A stretch of DNA of 63,230 nt, filler included, from Chiloscyllium plagiosum (GCF_004010195.1; 5 parts of one record of this genome joined end to end with filler, not necessarily neighbours in it); one strand, 5' to 3'. Counted from the first letter of the whole stretch, positions 32,860-46,960 are shown. Numbers and translations are program-made. Notes: generated from the sequence alone by a model not told the origin.

Positions 32860-34330
32860 AGTCAATGATAACAGACAGGCAAGCAATCACGGAGGCAATG
32901 GTCTATTCACATTCATTGCAAGAGGATTTGAGTCCAGAAGTAAGGATGTCTTACTATTTTATGCAGGGCTTCGATGAGATCACAACTGGAGTATTGTGTG
33001 CAGTTTTGATCACCCTACCTAAGAAAGGATATGCTTACCAAAACATGAGTGCAGAGGTGATTCGTCAGACTGATACCAGGGATGGCAGGACAGACTTATG
33101 AGAAGAGATTGGTTCAACTTGGCTTGTATTCATTACAGTTTGGAGGGGTGAGAGGAATCTTATTGAAAACTACACATTCGAACAGATTTGGATAGATAAG
33201 ATGCAATAGACAATAGACAATAGGTGCAGGAATAGGCCATTCTACCCTTCGAGCCTGCACCACCATTCAATATGATCATGGCTGATCATCCTTTATCAGT
33301 ATCCTGTTCCTGCCTTATCTCCATAACCCTTGATTTCACAATCCTTGAGAGCTCTATCCAACTCTTTCTTAAATGAATCCAGAGACTGGGCCTCCACTGC
33401 CCTCTGGGGCAGAGCATTCCACACAGCCACCACTCTCTGGGTGAACAAGTTTCTCCTCATCTCTGTCCTAAATGATCTACCCCGTATTTTTAAGCTGTGT
33501 CCTCAGGTTCGGTACTCACCCATCAGCGGAAACATGTTTCCTGCCTCCAGAATGTCCAATCCTTTAANNNNNNNNNNNNNNNNNNNNNNNNNNNNNNNNN
33601 NNNNNNNNNNNTTAATTAATTAANNNNNNNNNNNNNNNNNNNNNNNNNNNNNNNNNNNNNNNNNNNNGGCCCAATTTTAGTCTTAACCATTTTTTTGCCT
33701 TTCACATACCTAAAAAAGCTTTTACTATCCTCCTTTATATTATTGGCCAGTTTACCTTCGTACCTCATTTTTTCTCTGCGTATTTCCTTCTTAGTAATCC
33801 TCTGTTGTTCTTTAAAATCTTCCCAGTCCTCCGTTTTCCCACTTATCTTTGCTATGTTATACTTTTTCTCTTTTAACTTTATATGTTTCTTAACTTCCCT
33901 CGTCTGCCATGGCCACCCATGCCTCCTCCTAGGATCTTTCTTCCTTTTTGGAATGAACTGATCCTGCAACTTCTGCATTATACACAGAAATATCCGCCAT
34001 TATTCCTCCACTGTCATCCCTGCTAAGGTATTGCACCAATGAGGTTATTTCTTCTGGTTGAGGAGTCTCCAACCAGGAGACACGATCTCAGGGAATGAGG
34101 AAATATTTCTTCACTTAAAAGACAGTGAACTTATGAAATTCATTATCATAGAAGGCTGTGGAGGCCAAAGCCTGGAACATAAGAAAGAAATATACATAAA
34201 TGATAGATTTTAAAAGCTTTGAGATGTATGGGGTGATACAGGAATATGGCATTGAGATAGATTCTCAGCTATGGTCATCGTGAATGGTGAATCAGGCTTC
34301 AAAGGTTGAATGACCTACTTCTGCTCCCAG
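32860..34330 (+). mobile_element. Old CR1 3' part containing a nested young minus-strand CR1 (about 33205-34040, spanning a gap)
   Basis: The inner element has an (agacaat)n tail and the ORF2 segment FIPKRKKDPRRRHGWPW.TREVKKHIKLKEKKY...NIKEDSKSFFRYVK. Confidence 0.8.
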
Positions 34331-35059
34331 ATTCCACCCTTTCCTATCTGCATAGTCAAATGTGTAGTAATACAGCCAGTAGAGCTAAAGGAAAAGCTGG
34401 AAGTGGAGCTTGAAGCTAATGTTGAGATCAGGAATCTTCAGCTCACTGAGCATGTTGATATGACAATGGACTAGAAATGAGAACAGTATTAGAATGGGTG
34501 GGCATCATTGGGGGTGGAAGTTGGTGACGATACTTGGGGTATTTGGCATTTTCTACCAGGCATGATGCAATACAACTCTTGACAACATTATCATGGAACC
34601 TAGGGTCCACTGGTGCAACACAAGTTTAAACTTAGGCACTTGTCAAATTGTGTTTGGGGGTGCATCAGAGAGACCATAAGATCATGAGACCCCTTGAGTC
34701 TGCTCCACCATTCAATAGGATCATGGTTGATCAGACAATCCTGCATTTTCCCTGTAGCACCTGATTCCCTGACTGATCAGGAATCTACCTAGCTCAGCCT
34801 TAAAAATACAAAAGGACTCTGACCCAAGCTCTCTGTGGCAAGGAGTTCCAAAGACTTACGACCCTCTGAGAGAATAAATTCCTCCTCATGTCGGTCTTAA
34901 GTTGGTACCCCCTTATTCTGAAACTACGCCCTCTGGTCCCTCTCTCCCATGAGAGGAAGCATCCGCTTAGCATTTACACTGTGAAGCCGCTCAAGAATCC
35001 TGGATGTTTCAATGACATCACTTCTCATCACTTCTGAACTCCAATGAGTAGACTCCCAA

Positions 35060-36290
35060 ATTGGCATGGATAGAAGATTGGGCAGAGAGGTCAATGGTTT
35101 ATTTCAGGTTGGCAAAATGTAACAGATGGTATGCCACAGGGATTGGTGCTGGAATTACTTCTGCATACAATTTATATAAACAAATTGAATGAAGGGTCAG
35201 AAGGTATGGCTATCAAATTTGCTAATGACACGAAGATAAATAGAAACTAAGTTTGGAGGGAGATTTTTGATGTCTATAAATAGATATAGATGGGTGAAGT
35301 GGGTGGACAAAGATCTGGTAAATTGATTATGACATAGGAAAAGGTTAAATTGTTTCAGCTGGAAAAATAAACAAGAAACATATTATCTAAATAGCAAGAG
35401 ATTGCAGACCCCTGAGGGACAGAGAAATCACTCTCGTGCATGAACTGCAAAAGGTTACTGAAATAACTCCACAGAGGCAGATATCCCATCACCAAGTCAT
35501 TCTTTATTTACACATGGACGCTAGTCCAACTTCCTCAGAACCAATATTCAGAGTGTCAGAATGTCTGACACTTCTATTTTTATCTGTCAGCCAGGGCTCC
35601 CTGAATAGCCCCAATCAGGGAACTCACATTCTATGAAGTACACCTGGTTGACCTCGTTACAATCACTGCAGTTATATACAAACACAGTCAGCAATGAGAA
35701 AAGGTAGTATCAGGGTATCATCCATTTTAAGGGAATTGAATACAAAAATAGGGAGATTATGCTTCTGTTATACAGGACACTGGAGAAATGCACAATATTA
35801 ATCACCTTATTTAAGGAAGGATGTAACAATATTGGAAACAGTTCAGGGAAGGTTTACGAGACTCATACGTGTAATGGATGTGTTGCCTTATGGGGAAAAG
35901 TTGGACAATTAGGCTTGTATCTGTTGGTGCTCAGAAGAACAAGAGGAGACCTGATTGCAATATTTAAGGTTGATGTAGAGAGAATGTTGCCTCTTACCAG
36001 AAGATCATAAACTAAATGTCACTTTAAAGTCAGGGATCTCCCATTTAAAATAGAGATGAGGTGAAATGTTTCCTCTTAAATTGTTTTGAGTCTTTGGAAT
36101 TCTCTTCCTGAAAAAGGTGGTGGTAGCAGAGTCTTTAAATATATTTTAAGGCAGGAGTGGATAAGTTCTTGCTAAGTAAAAGGTTGAAATGTTATCTGGG
36201 GTATGTGTATTATAATCAGTTCAGCCATGACCTTATTAAATGGTGGAGTAGGCTTAAGGAGCTAATTCCTGCTCCAAATTAATTTGTTCT
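35060..36290 (+). mobile_element. Degenerate CR1 RT and 3'UTR, interrupted by a solo LTR
   Basis: GMPQGLVL...IKFANDTKI motifs are present, with the 3'UTR near 36200-36290. Confidence 0.75.
35459..35670 (-). mobile_element. Solo LTR (212 bp), probably Gypsy-type
   Basis: It has TG...CA termini, flanks GTTAC/GTTAT (5-bp TSD, 1 mismatch) and an AATAAA on the minus strand near 35505. It interrupts CR1 homology cleanly. Confidence 0.6.
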
Positions 36291-36794
36291 TAAATTTTAC
36301 TGTGTGCTATAGAATAGGAGGGGAGACAATGTTTGAGAGGATTGGTAAGCACTTAGAGTTAATCTTAGAGTACATAGATTGTCCTCATGACTGAGTGAAG
36401 GTGTATGTCAATAAGGTTTGTGTGATGACCTGAGATCTACAGAGGTGGACTGTACTCAGCTGTCTAGAAAACCAGAGGTAGGCTGCAGTGTGACAAATTG
36501 GGGTGTCTTGGTCTTTTCTGTATCTTTTGGAAGTGGATAGTAAGTTCAGGAATGGTGAAGGGTCACTCCCAGATGGGTGCGTTTCATGTCAGGCCACACC
36601 TTTTTGAAGTAGAAGGCAGCTTTTATGGTATAGGAATATGAAGATGATGGATTGCCATTGGTTTAGTTGCAGTCAAAACATTTAGCCATTTTGACAGGTC
36701 AGAATTTAGTTTTGCTTCTGACTTGCATTTAGAAAGGCACCTCTACCTGATGTGGCAATGCTTATGTTATATTCTTCGGCAAAAATAAATTAGT

Positions 36795-37285
36795 TCCGAG
36801 AAGGTTCACTAGAGTGATGCATGAAATGTGGATTACCTTATGAAAAAAGGTTAAACAGGCAAGATCTGTATCGTCTGGTGTTTAGGAGAGTCAGAGATCG
36901 CATAATTGAAACATATAAGATCCTGAGGGGACTTGACCGGGTGGATGTTGAAAGCATGTTTCCTCTTACGGGAGTATCTAGAACAAGGGGGCATAATTTA
37001 AAAATAAGAGTGCGGAGGGTGGGGTGCCCGTTTAAAACAGAGAAGCTTCTTTTTCTCTCTCAGAAGGTTGTTAGTCTTTGGAATTCCCTTCCTCAAAAGA
37101 CAGATTCTTGAGATATTGTTAAGGCAGAGATGGATGGATTCTTGAGTATCAACGGGGTGAAAAATTATCGGGATACGCATTATGCAGAGTTGAGGTTAAA
37201 GTACATCAGCCACAATCTTTATTGAACAGTGTAATAGACTTAAAGGGCTGAGTGGCTTACCCTTCTTCATTGTTCACATGTTATC
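36795..37285 (+). mobile_element. CR1 3' fragment
   Basis: Encodes YEKRLNRQDLYRLVFRRVRDRIIETYKILRGLDRVD...SRTRGHNLKIR. Confidence 0.8.
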
Positions 37286-37594
37286 CCTGTAACAAAGAAA
37301 AACTAGAATGTGGGCAATGAAGGACTGCGAGATCCAATTTTATGAGAGCTCAATAAAATATCTAAATATTACATTTTTGGGTATATGCATGCTGGCTAGT
37401 AATCTGGGCTATTTGGTTAAAAAGCGTAGCATCCTTCCATTAACACGTAATGTTTTAACTCGCTCAAGTTAAGATGGAGTCTGTTACCTTTGTATCCTCA
37501 GGTAACATGCTGCTATACAGTGAGGATGTCATAAGCATATCTTTTAAAGTTGCATATTTTTTAAAGGTATCATCCAAACAGTTTTCAAGCTTAA

Positions 37595-38295
37595 CAATTT
37601 GAAGTTCAATCTACCACTTGGAGGTTTGAGAACACATCCTGGTCTGATGCTTGTATATCCATCTGCAGAGGTCCATTTTATACTTTGTTACACTTGTTTG
37701 ACAACTTGGTGGTCTTGGTGCTGGTTATTGTCACTCAACATCAGGGCACAGTCATCATCATTGGTGTATTTTTCCTCACCGTCCTTATGCTTGGTCGGTA
37801 TGCTGTATATCAGACTGAGCTTCTCTTCCTTTACAATGTAGCATTGTGATCAGTATTGATTTTGTATGATCTGGGCTGGTTGCATATTCTAGAAACATTT
37901 TCTGATATCCAAGTATTTGGATTTCTAACTTACATTCTTTGTCCTCATTTATGAAAGTTGTCTACCTGCTCATTTACTCTCCTCTAAGTTGAACTGGGGT
38001 TGACAATCCAGTCTGCCCTGCTGTTGCACGACGATGCACCGTCGCAAAGTGAAAATCCTGCTTGACATAGTGGCCATAGCTTTGACAATACTGCTGACAA
38101 TCCTGCCACTACTGGATTGTTGGTATCTACCAAGTAGAAGATTTTGGGAAGACACTATGACCTTGTATTTAACACTACAGTGCGATTGTGCCAATGGATA
38201 GACTTGGTGATCTGTTATGCATTGTGGTCTTTTGTATATGTACTGTGAAGCACCACTTGCTGAATTACGTGTCTCAGTGATAATATGTGGCATTA
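37595..38295 (-). mobile_element. Highly degenerate Gypsy-type pol/integrase remnant
   Basis: The minus strand ends ...RPGCVLKPPSGRLNF, resembling the 'RSGR.IKPP.RL' C-terminus of Gypsy integrases. Upstream frames are only weakly integrase-like. Confidence 0.4.
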
Positions 38296-38479
38296 ATTTC
38301 GATATTAAATTTAACTTTTAAAGTGTATCATCTTGCTTTTTCAGAATATTAATGATTTTAAAAGAGTCTGAATGTCTTAGGCATATGGTGATCATTAATC
38401 AGTTAGATTTAGGGTAATTAATGAAAATGATAAGAATCAGTTGGTAACAAAAATTAACAAAACTGGAATAGGCTTATTT

Positions 38480-40720
38480 TACTAAGATAAGGTATGATTT
38501 TCTCCAAGTGGACTGGGAGTAGCTACTTACAGATAAAACTGTATCAGAAACATTCAAAGAGGAAATAGCAAGAGTACAGGGCAAGTAAGTTCCTGAAACA
38601 CAAAAGTGGGACCAAGATTGGTGAGCTCTGGAAAAGTGGAGAAAGGTAATGCAGGTACAAAAAAGATAATGCAGGTATAAATGTCAGAGTTTGAGGACGG
38701 TGAATCATTAGAAGAAATTAACATTGAGAGAGAGGAAATACAAGAAGTTGAGCAGCCTTAAAAATGGATTGATCTGTAGACCTGGATGGGATGTATCCTA
38801 GGCAGTTGGGTGAGGCAAGGGAAGAGATATCAGGATTCCTAGTAGTAATTTTCAAATCCTCTCTGGTCACAGGTGAGGTGCCAGCAGACTACTGACATTG
38901 TTCCATTATTAATGAAAACGAGAAGAGGATAGATCAGGAAGTTGCAAGCCAGTCAATCTGACCTTGATGGTGGGGAAGATAACTAGAAAGAATTCTGATA
39001 TAATATCTGCACTTGGGGGTAGAGAGAGAGAGAGAGAGAGCAAGCGAGCGAAATCAGGGATAACCAGCATAGATTTGTTAAAGGAATGTTGTATTTGACA
39101 AATTTGATCAATAGATTTGAAGATATAGCCAGGATTGTTGACAAGGGTCTTTACTTGACTTTAAACAATTTCTCCTTTAACTCGTCTCCTTTCTTTGGGT
39201 CCAAGTTGTGACCATGGGTACCCACATGGGCCCCAGTTATGTCTGTCTCTTTGTCCAGTACATGGAACATTTCTTATTCCAGTCCTACTTTAGCCCCGAC
39301 CCCCAAATCTCTTTCTCCGGTACATCGTTGACATTGTTGAATTTGCTTCCCGCTCTCTTCCAGAATTGGAAAAATCAATCAATTTCACTTACAATTTCCA
39401 CTCCTCTCACTTCACCTGGTCTATTTCTGACTCTACCCTTCCTTCACTCGACATCTCTGTTTCCATTTTTGGACATAGACAGCCACCAATATCCATTACA
39501 AGCCCACTGACTATCACAAGTACCTAGACTTTACATCCTCACACCCTGCTTTCTATATCATTCTCCCAATGTCTCATTTCTGTTACACAAGTTCTGACAA
39601 TTCCACCTTCTGGAGAGGGCCTCCGAAACGTCTACATTTTTCCTCAATTGAGAATTCTCCACTACCGTGGAGCCTTTAGCTTTGTCTGACCCATCTCCTG
39701 TACTTTGGCCCACATCCCCTCTCTCTCCTCCCACAACAGTGATAGGGACCCCTGGTCCTCATTTACCTCCATTTCTCCAGTTTTCTCCATTTTAATAATG
39801 TTACGATTTGAACTTAAATGTTGGGGAAATGATCAAGAAGTTCAAGGATGACATGAAATTTTATAGCATGGTAAATAGTATGGAGGATAGCTACAAATTT
39901 CAGGTAATAGCAGTGGATTGATCAGCTTGGCAGAGCAGCTATAAATGGAATTCAACCTGAAATTTACTTGAGGAGGCCAATTAATGTCAAGAATTAAACA
40001 ATAAATGATAGAACCCTAGAAAGTACTAAAGATCAGAGGGACTTCTGTGTGCACATCCACAGGTTCCTGAAGGTAGCAGGGCATATAAATAAGGTGGTTT
40101 AGAAGGCATATGATATACTTGATTTTATTAGCAGAGACATAGAACACAAGAGCGGGGAGGTTATGCTGGAACTCTACAAAATGCTTATTAGCCACCACTA
40201 CAGAACTGTGTACAGTGCTGCTCACCATATTACAGAGAGGATGCGATTGCACAAGGCAGGATGCAGAAGAGATTCACCAGGATGCTGGTTTGGCTAGATT
40301 TTTCAGATATGAGAAACAATTGCATAGACTAGGGTTGTTTTCCCAGGAACAGCAAAATTTGAGAGAGAGCCTGATGGCAATGTGTAAGATTATGAAGAGC
40401 ATAGATATGGTGGATAGGAAAGCACTCTTTCCATGAATTGAAGGGTCAATAACCAGGGAACATAGAGTTAAGGTAAGGTATTGGAGGAGAGATAAAGAGA
40501 AATTTTTGTGCTCTGAGGGTGGCGAGAGTTTGGAACCCACTGTATGAAATGACAAATGAATCAGAAAATCTTTTAATGTTTAAGCAGTGGTTAGATTATT
40601 ACTTGCGTTGCCATAGCCCTATGCGATTTAGGCCAAAAGCTAGAGAATAGGATTAATGTAGTCAGATCAGTATTGACCAGCACAGACTTGATGGTTTGAA
40701 TGGCCTCCTTTGGTGCTGTA
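38480..40720 (+). mobile_element. Degenerate CR1 ORF2, interrupted by a Penelope RT fragment
   Basis: CR1 RT motifs flank 39150-39780 (e.g. PVNLTLMVGK, KFKDDMK, RLGLFSQEQ). Confidence 0.7.
39150..39780 (+). mobile_element. Penelope-like RT core fragment
   Basis: Encodes NNFSFNSS...MGTHMGPSYVCLFVQYMEHFLFQSY...FLRYIVDIV (PLE RT motifs; YIDD degenerate). Confidence 0.8.
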
Positions 40721-41080
40721 TCCAACAATGCAGAACTTTACAAAGACACTGACACATTGGTGGAGTGGGGTGATAGATGACAGATGAAGTTCAAGATGGA
40801 GAAGTGTGAGGAATACATTTTCATACAATGCTCATGGAGAGACAATAAAGTATAGGGTACTATTATAAAATATAGGGTATTATTATAAAAGATGTGTAGT
40901 AGTGGAGAGACCCAGATGCACATGTTAAAGAGTTAGGATAGTTAGAAAGGTCTGTTAGTAAGGCATATAATATTCTAGATTTCATATTTAGAGACATAGG
41001 GGAGAAAGGAAAAAAAACAGAAAGTGCTGGAGAAACTCAGCAGAAAAATAGAGTTAACGTTTTAGGTCCCGGGACTCTTG

Positions 41081-41418
41081 GGGTGGCAGGGTGGCTCAGT
41101 GGTTAGCACTGCTGCCTCACAGCATCAGGAATCTGAGTTTGATTCCACCTTTGGGCAACTGTGTGGAGTTTGCACATTCTCTCTGTGTCTATGTTAGTTT
41201 CTTCTGGGTACTCCAGTTTCCTTCCACAGTCCAAAGATATTCAGGTTAGATGGATTGGCCATGCTAAATTTCCCATAGTGTCCAGGATGTTCAGGCTAGG
41301 TGGATTAACCATGGCAAATGCAGGAATGGGGGTGGGTCTGGTTGGGATGCTGGCTGGAGGGGAAGTGTAGTCTCAATGGGCCGAATGGCATGCTTCCACA
41401 CTGTAGGGATTCTATAAT
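41081..41418 (+). mobile_element. HE1-type V-SINE inserted in the centre of a Penelope foldback element
   Basis: Begins gggtggcagggtggctcagtggttagcactgctgcctcacagc and ends with the tail ctgtagggattctataattc. Confidence 0.85.
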
Positions 41419-41672
41419 TCTGCATCTGACAAAGCATCACTACACTAGAAAGGTTAACTGTTTTTCTTTCCACAGACAGTGCCAGACCTACTGAGTTTCT
41501 CCAGCAGTTTCTCTTTTTGTTTCAGATTTCCATCATCCTCAGTTCTTCCGTTTCATTTTAGAGGCTGAGACTTTATGACCCTGGTCAGACCTTGGCTGGA
41601 GTGTTGCGTACAGTTCTGGATGCACCTTACAGGAAGGATGTGAATGCGTTGGAGAGTGCAGAAGAGGTTTAT

Positions 41673-41985
41673 GCTCAGTGGTTAGCACTGCTGCTTTACA
41701 ATGCCAGGGGTCTGGGTTCGATTTCACCTTCAGGTGACTGTCTGTGTGGAGCTTTTGCACATTCTCTCTGTGTCTGTGTGGGTTTGCTCCGGTTTCCTCT
41801 CACTATCCAAAAAGATGTGCAAGTTAGGTGAATTGGCCATGTTAAATAGCCCATAGTATAGGTTGTTAGTCAGGGGTAAATATAAGGTAGGGGAATGGGT
41901 CTGGGTGGGTGATTCTTTGGAGGGTTGGTGTGGACTTGTTGGGCCAAAGGGCCTGTTTCCACACTGTAGGGATTCTAATTCTGTA
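41673..41985 (+). mobile_element. HE1-type V-SINE
   Basis: Reads gctcagtggttagcactgctgc...gggttcgatttc, then the V domain and the tail ctgtagggattctaattc. Confidence 0.85.
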
Positions 41986-44124
41986 GGTTTTCTAATTCCA
42001 ATTCGAAATTCAATTCTGAAGAAAGATTGGAGAATTGAGGCTGCTTTCTTTGGAGAGGAGAAGCTGAGGAGATTTGATTGAAGTTTTCAAAATCACGAGG
42101 AGTCTGGACAGAGTGGACAGTGAAAAACAATTCCTACACATAAATGAATCGAAAACCAGAGGGTGCAGTTTTAAAGGGTTTGCAAAAGAAGAAAAGGTGG
42201 GTTCAGAAAAATCTTCTTCATGCAGTGGGTAGTTAGGGTATGGAATGCACTGCATAGAAGTGTGATAGAGGCAGGTTCAATTGAGGCATTCCAGAGTGCA
42301 TGGAATGATTATTTAGATAGAAACAATGTGCACGGTAATGGGAAAATGCAGAAGAATGGTACTAAATTAAAGTGCTCAATGAACTACCAGAGAGACAATG
42401 GGCCAGATGGCTTCCTTCTATGCCATATCAATCCTGTGATAATGTGTCTGAGAAAGCCTTAATACATGAGTAGATACCACAAGGACTCTGAGGAGAATCT
42501 GGAAGATTGCTGAACGAAGATTGAGAGTTACATTAACTGATGAATATTGTATGCTATATGGTAGATCTTTCAAAGTAGATGAAGTTACTATTCTGTTGCC
42601 TTCTATCTTGACTTCAATCACTTCCGACACACTGGTCATGACCAGAAAATAGTGACATGTTATGGAAAACACGAGATGAGTTGGCATGGTGGGGAAGGGG
42701 AAAGGATGGTGGATGGAGGCATGCATTGGCACTAAAATGGCAAAAGGGATATAGAGGGTCAGGATGGGAACAAGGCCATAGATTGGCATAGGTTGTATAA
42801 GGAGTGATGGGGAACAAAGAATAGTATAGGGCATTGTGAGGGGCTGTAGAGGTGCATATCGTCACGCAGAGGAAATGAAATGGAATGTGAATGGCATAGT
42901 CATGTATTGAGAGTATGCGGAGGTGGGGAGGAATAAGGTATAAGAGTTCAGAGAAGGAAGGCATTTTTTTTGGATTATTTTGGGGCACAAAATCCAACAA
43001 TCTCCCTCTCCTTCCAGGATCACCAGGTATGTTTCCTAAAGAGCTTCATCCTGGAACAAAAATCCAACCTTCTGGACCCTTCTCCCTAGGTTGGGTTTGC
43101 AAAGCCAGGCAATGTCAGGTCACTGTACTCCTGACCTGGGAGTTAAAACCCAGGATCCATGTCTTCCTTCACTCACAGCTGACACCATCTTTATCACTAA
43201 TGACTGGCACTCCTGAGCCAGACCCAATGTAGTGGAGCATATTTTTTCACATTTATTGTAACAAATATCTTGACCACAAATATCAGCTCATTATGCCTGA
43301 CCAAAACAAATCAACATCATCAATGTCAACATGCCATTCCTGCAAAATGGGTTATTTGGCTAAATTACCTTAAAGTATTTAAATGCATGAATCATGAACT
43401 CCCTTTGTATACAAATTGAGCTTACAGCCATTTAGAAGTGATATGAGTGTGAAACAACACTTTCAGCATTGCCAGATACTGTCACTGGCACGAAACCTAG
43501 CCCTGTATAATCTTTACGCTTCCTGCTTTTCAACTTTGTGGTTTAGTTTATATTTACAAATTTAAAAAGGGCTACTTTAATGCAAAGTTTTAAAATCTAA
43601 AGAACCGTTGCCTATAGTGACCCAGGACTGATCAATTGAAAATTTCAAGATATGAAATGCATTGGGTTCGGATTAGGAATAAGGTGAAGGTTAGCTTCCA
43701 TAGATGGAGTTAAGATACAGTTCAACTATGACATGACTCAATTTCAGAAATGCTCTAAAGGACCTGAGACAGGGGGTCCTTGTGCATGAATCACATTAAT
43801 TTAACGTGCAGGTACAACAATCAATTGGAAAAACAAATAGCATGAATGCCTTTATTGCAAAGTGATTTGAATACACAAATAAAGCAGTCTGACTGCAACT
43901 ATATAGGGCTTTATGAAAGTGCACCTCGAATATTAGGTACAGTTTTGGGCTCCTTACCTCATTAAGTTAGTTACCTATAATTACCTGAGAGGGAACACAG
44001 CAGTGGATCATAAAGCTGCTCCTTGGATGAGAGAACTGTTCAATAGAGTTGAATTGAGTAGAACACACTTTGTGTTCCTTTAGTGTTAAGAAGTATTCTC
44101 TTTGAAATATGTAACATTCTTAAA

Positions 44125-44675
44125 GGGTAGCCACTTTTGGAATATTGTGTGCAATTCTGGTCTCCTTCCTGTTGTGAAACTTGAAAGGGTTCAGAAAGGA
44201 TTTACAAGGATGTTGCCAGGTTTGGAGGATTTGAGCTATAGGGAGACGTTGAATAGGCTGGGGCTGTTTTCCCAGGAGCATCAGAGGTTGAGGGGTAACC
44301 TCATAGAGGTTTATAAAATCATGAGGGGCATGAATAGGATAAATAGGCAAAATCTCTTCCCTGGGGCGGGGGAGTCCAGAACTAGAAGGCATAGGTTTAG
44401 GGTGAAAGGGCAAAGATATAAAAGAGACCCAAAAGGCAACTTTTTCATGCAGAGGTATATCTATGGAATGAGCTGCCAGAGGAAGTGGTGGAGGCTGGTA
44501 CAATTGCAACATTTAAAAGGCATCTGGATGGGTATATGAATAGGAAGGGTTTGGAGGGTTTGGGCGGGTGCTGGCAAGTGGGCCTAGATTGTGTTGGGAT
44601 ATATGGTCGGCATGGATGAGTTGGACCGAAGGGTCTGTTTCTGTGCTGTACATCTCTATGACTCTATGACTCTAA
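44125..44675 (+). mobile_element. Young CR1 3' end nested in an older CR1
   Basis: Encodes VKLERVQKGFTRMLPGLEDLSYRETLNRLGLFS, with a (ctatgact)n tail. Confidence 0.88.
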
Positions 44676-45754
44676 ATGCTAGCAGAATACTTCCCCTTTC
44701 TGGGGAATCTTGACCTTTAATGGGGTCATGGTCTCAGAATAAGGAATCTGATATTTAGGACAAAAATTATGAGAAATTTGTTAACTTAAATGTTTCTGAA
44801 TCTTTGGGGTTCTCTAACAGCTGTGGATGCTGTGTTGATGAGTAAATTTATAATAGTGGTGAATAAGTGCTTCAGTACTGAGGGAATCAAATGGTATGTG
44901 GATTTCGTAGGAGAGTTGGAGGTCATGCAGCCACGATCTAAAGTGGTTAACAGAACTAAAGGGCTGAATGGCCTACTCACATCCCTGTTTGTGATGTTCC
45001 TAAGTAAGGGACTAGAATAACTCGTGGCCTTCTCTTGTTTCAGTGCTTCAGTGAAAACAAAGTCTTGAAACTTTATCCCACAGGCATCATTTGTGTGATC
45101 TAAGTGTTTATATTTATGTTTATAAATAAATGCATGATGTTTCTGTAGCACAGCAGAGACCACGAGCCAGGCTTTCTGTTTTGTGACAAATTCTCTTTCC
45201 ACAATTCAATTAGCTTGGTGTGAGTTGACTGAGGCATTGGAAAAAAGTTGCTGAACACTGGGTGAATTGGGATAATTCTTGAACTGTTTGATAGAAATTC
45301 TTCAAGAGAAACAAGGCAAAAGCCGAATATTGTGGAGCTCCCGCCTGGATCAGCGTTGGAAGGAAGACTTGTTGGCTGGTTCCTTTCCCTTTGGAGCATT
45401 TTTGCGCAGGCAGGATGGCGAGAGTAAGAGAGGGTATGGAGTGGAATGGCTAGCCACAAAGGAGTGGCAGGTAGCCAGCCCGATTCATTAAGATCCACTA
45501 AAAGCCCAAGCAATGGAAGCCAACCAGGATTTTCTAGTCAGTCTTTAGGTTCTGCCTAGCTTTGGCTGATCTACTGCCTCAGCACCCACACCATCCCCAT
45601 ATTTAATATCTGGAACTCTATCGATCTCTGTCTTGAATATGTTTGACAACTGAGCTTCCACAGCCCTCTTAGATAGAGAATTCCAATGGTAACCACCCTC
45701 TGAATGAAGAAGTTTTTCCTCTTCTCAGTTTATTTAATTGACCTACCTCCTCAC

Positions 45755-46960
45755 TGAAATCGTGCCTGACTAATTTATTTAGAGTTTTTCAAGGAGGTCT
45801 CAACCTGAATGGATAGAGGGGAACCAGTAGATGTGTTGTATTTGGACTTTCAGAAGACATTTGACAAGGTACCTTACAAAAGGTTAAGCCATAAGATCAG
45901 AATCCATGGTTTTGGAGGTAGTATATTGGTATAGATAGAGAATTGGCTAATGAGTAGGAAACAGCAAGGGGGAGAGAAGGGATTTTTTCATGTTGGCAAT
46001 CTCCGATGTGTGGGGTTCCACAGGAATCAGTGTAGGAACTACAACTGTTTACAACATATATTCATGATTTGGAGGAAGGAAGTGAATGCAAACTATCCAA
46101 ACTTGCAGATGACACAAAAATAGTTGGAAAAGCAATTATGTAAAAGATACAAGCAGTTTATAGATACATATTGACAGATTACTAAGTGGAATAAAAGTAG
46201 GGAAATATAGTAAAATGTGGGAAAATATGAAGTTGTTCATTTTGGAAGGGAGAACAAAAGAAGAGAGTATTATTTAAAATTGAAAAAAACTGCAGAAAGC
46301 TGCAAAGCAAAGGGACTTGTGCATGAAACACAGAAAGTTAGCACAAAGGTACAGCCGATAGTCAGGAAGGGTAATGGAATATTGGCCCTTGTTTCAAGAG
46401 GATTGGAGTAGAGGAATAAGGAAATCTTATTGCAACTGCACAAAGTGCTGGTGAGGCAATATCTGGAGTACCATGAGCAGTTTTGGTCTCCTTATTTAAG
46501 GAAAGACATTATTTCATTGGAGCCAGTTCAGAGAAGGTTGACTAAGAAGATCCCTGGTATGGAGGGATTGTCTGATGAGCAAAGGTTAAATCAGTTGGGA
46601 CTCGACTCAATGGAGTTGAGAAGAATGAGAGATGATCTCATTGAAGCATACAGGATGTTAAGGGGCTTGAAATGGTAAATACTGAGAATATGGGCGTGTC
46701 TAGCATCAGAGGGCGTAGCCTTAGAATAAAAAGGTCCATTTTAAGACTGAAATGAGGAGGACTTCCTTCTTTCAGAAGGTTGAGAGCCTTTGGAACTACT
46801 TGCTACAGAGAGATATGGACGGCAGAGTCGTTGTGTACATTTAACACAGAGATGCAGACTCCTGAATAGCACAAAACTCACAGGTTTTAGGAAAAGGGCA
46901 GGACTGTGGACATCAGGAATGTCTGATTGACCAGGATCCTGTTGAATAGCAGATCAGGCT
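45755..46960 (+). mobile_element. CR1 RT and C-terminus, degenerate
   Basis: Motifs SCLTNL.EFF..V, DVLYLDFQKTFDKVPYKRL, GVPQESV and KLADDTKI. Confidence 0.85.

Larger units (their letters stand above)
40730..42440 (+). mobile_element. CR1 3' part hosting a Penelope foldback mini-element (about 41010-41545) and two HE1 SINEs
   Basis: CR1 homology resumes after each insert. SINEs lie at 41081-41418 and 41673-41985. Confidence 0.75.
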
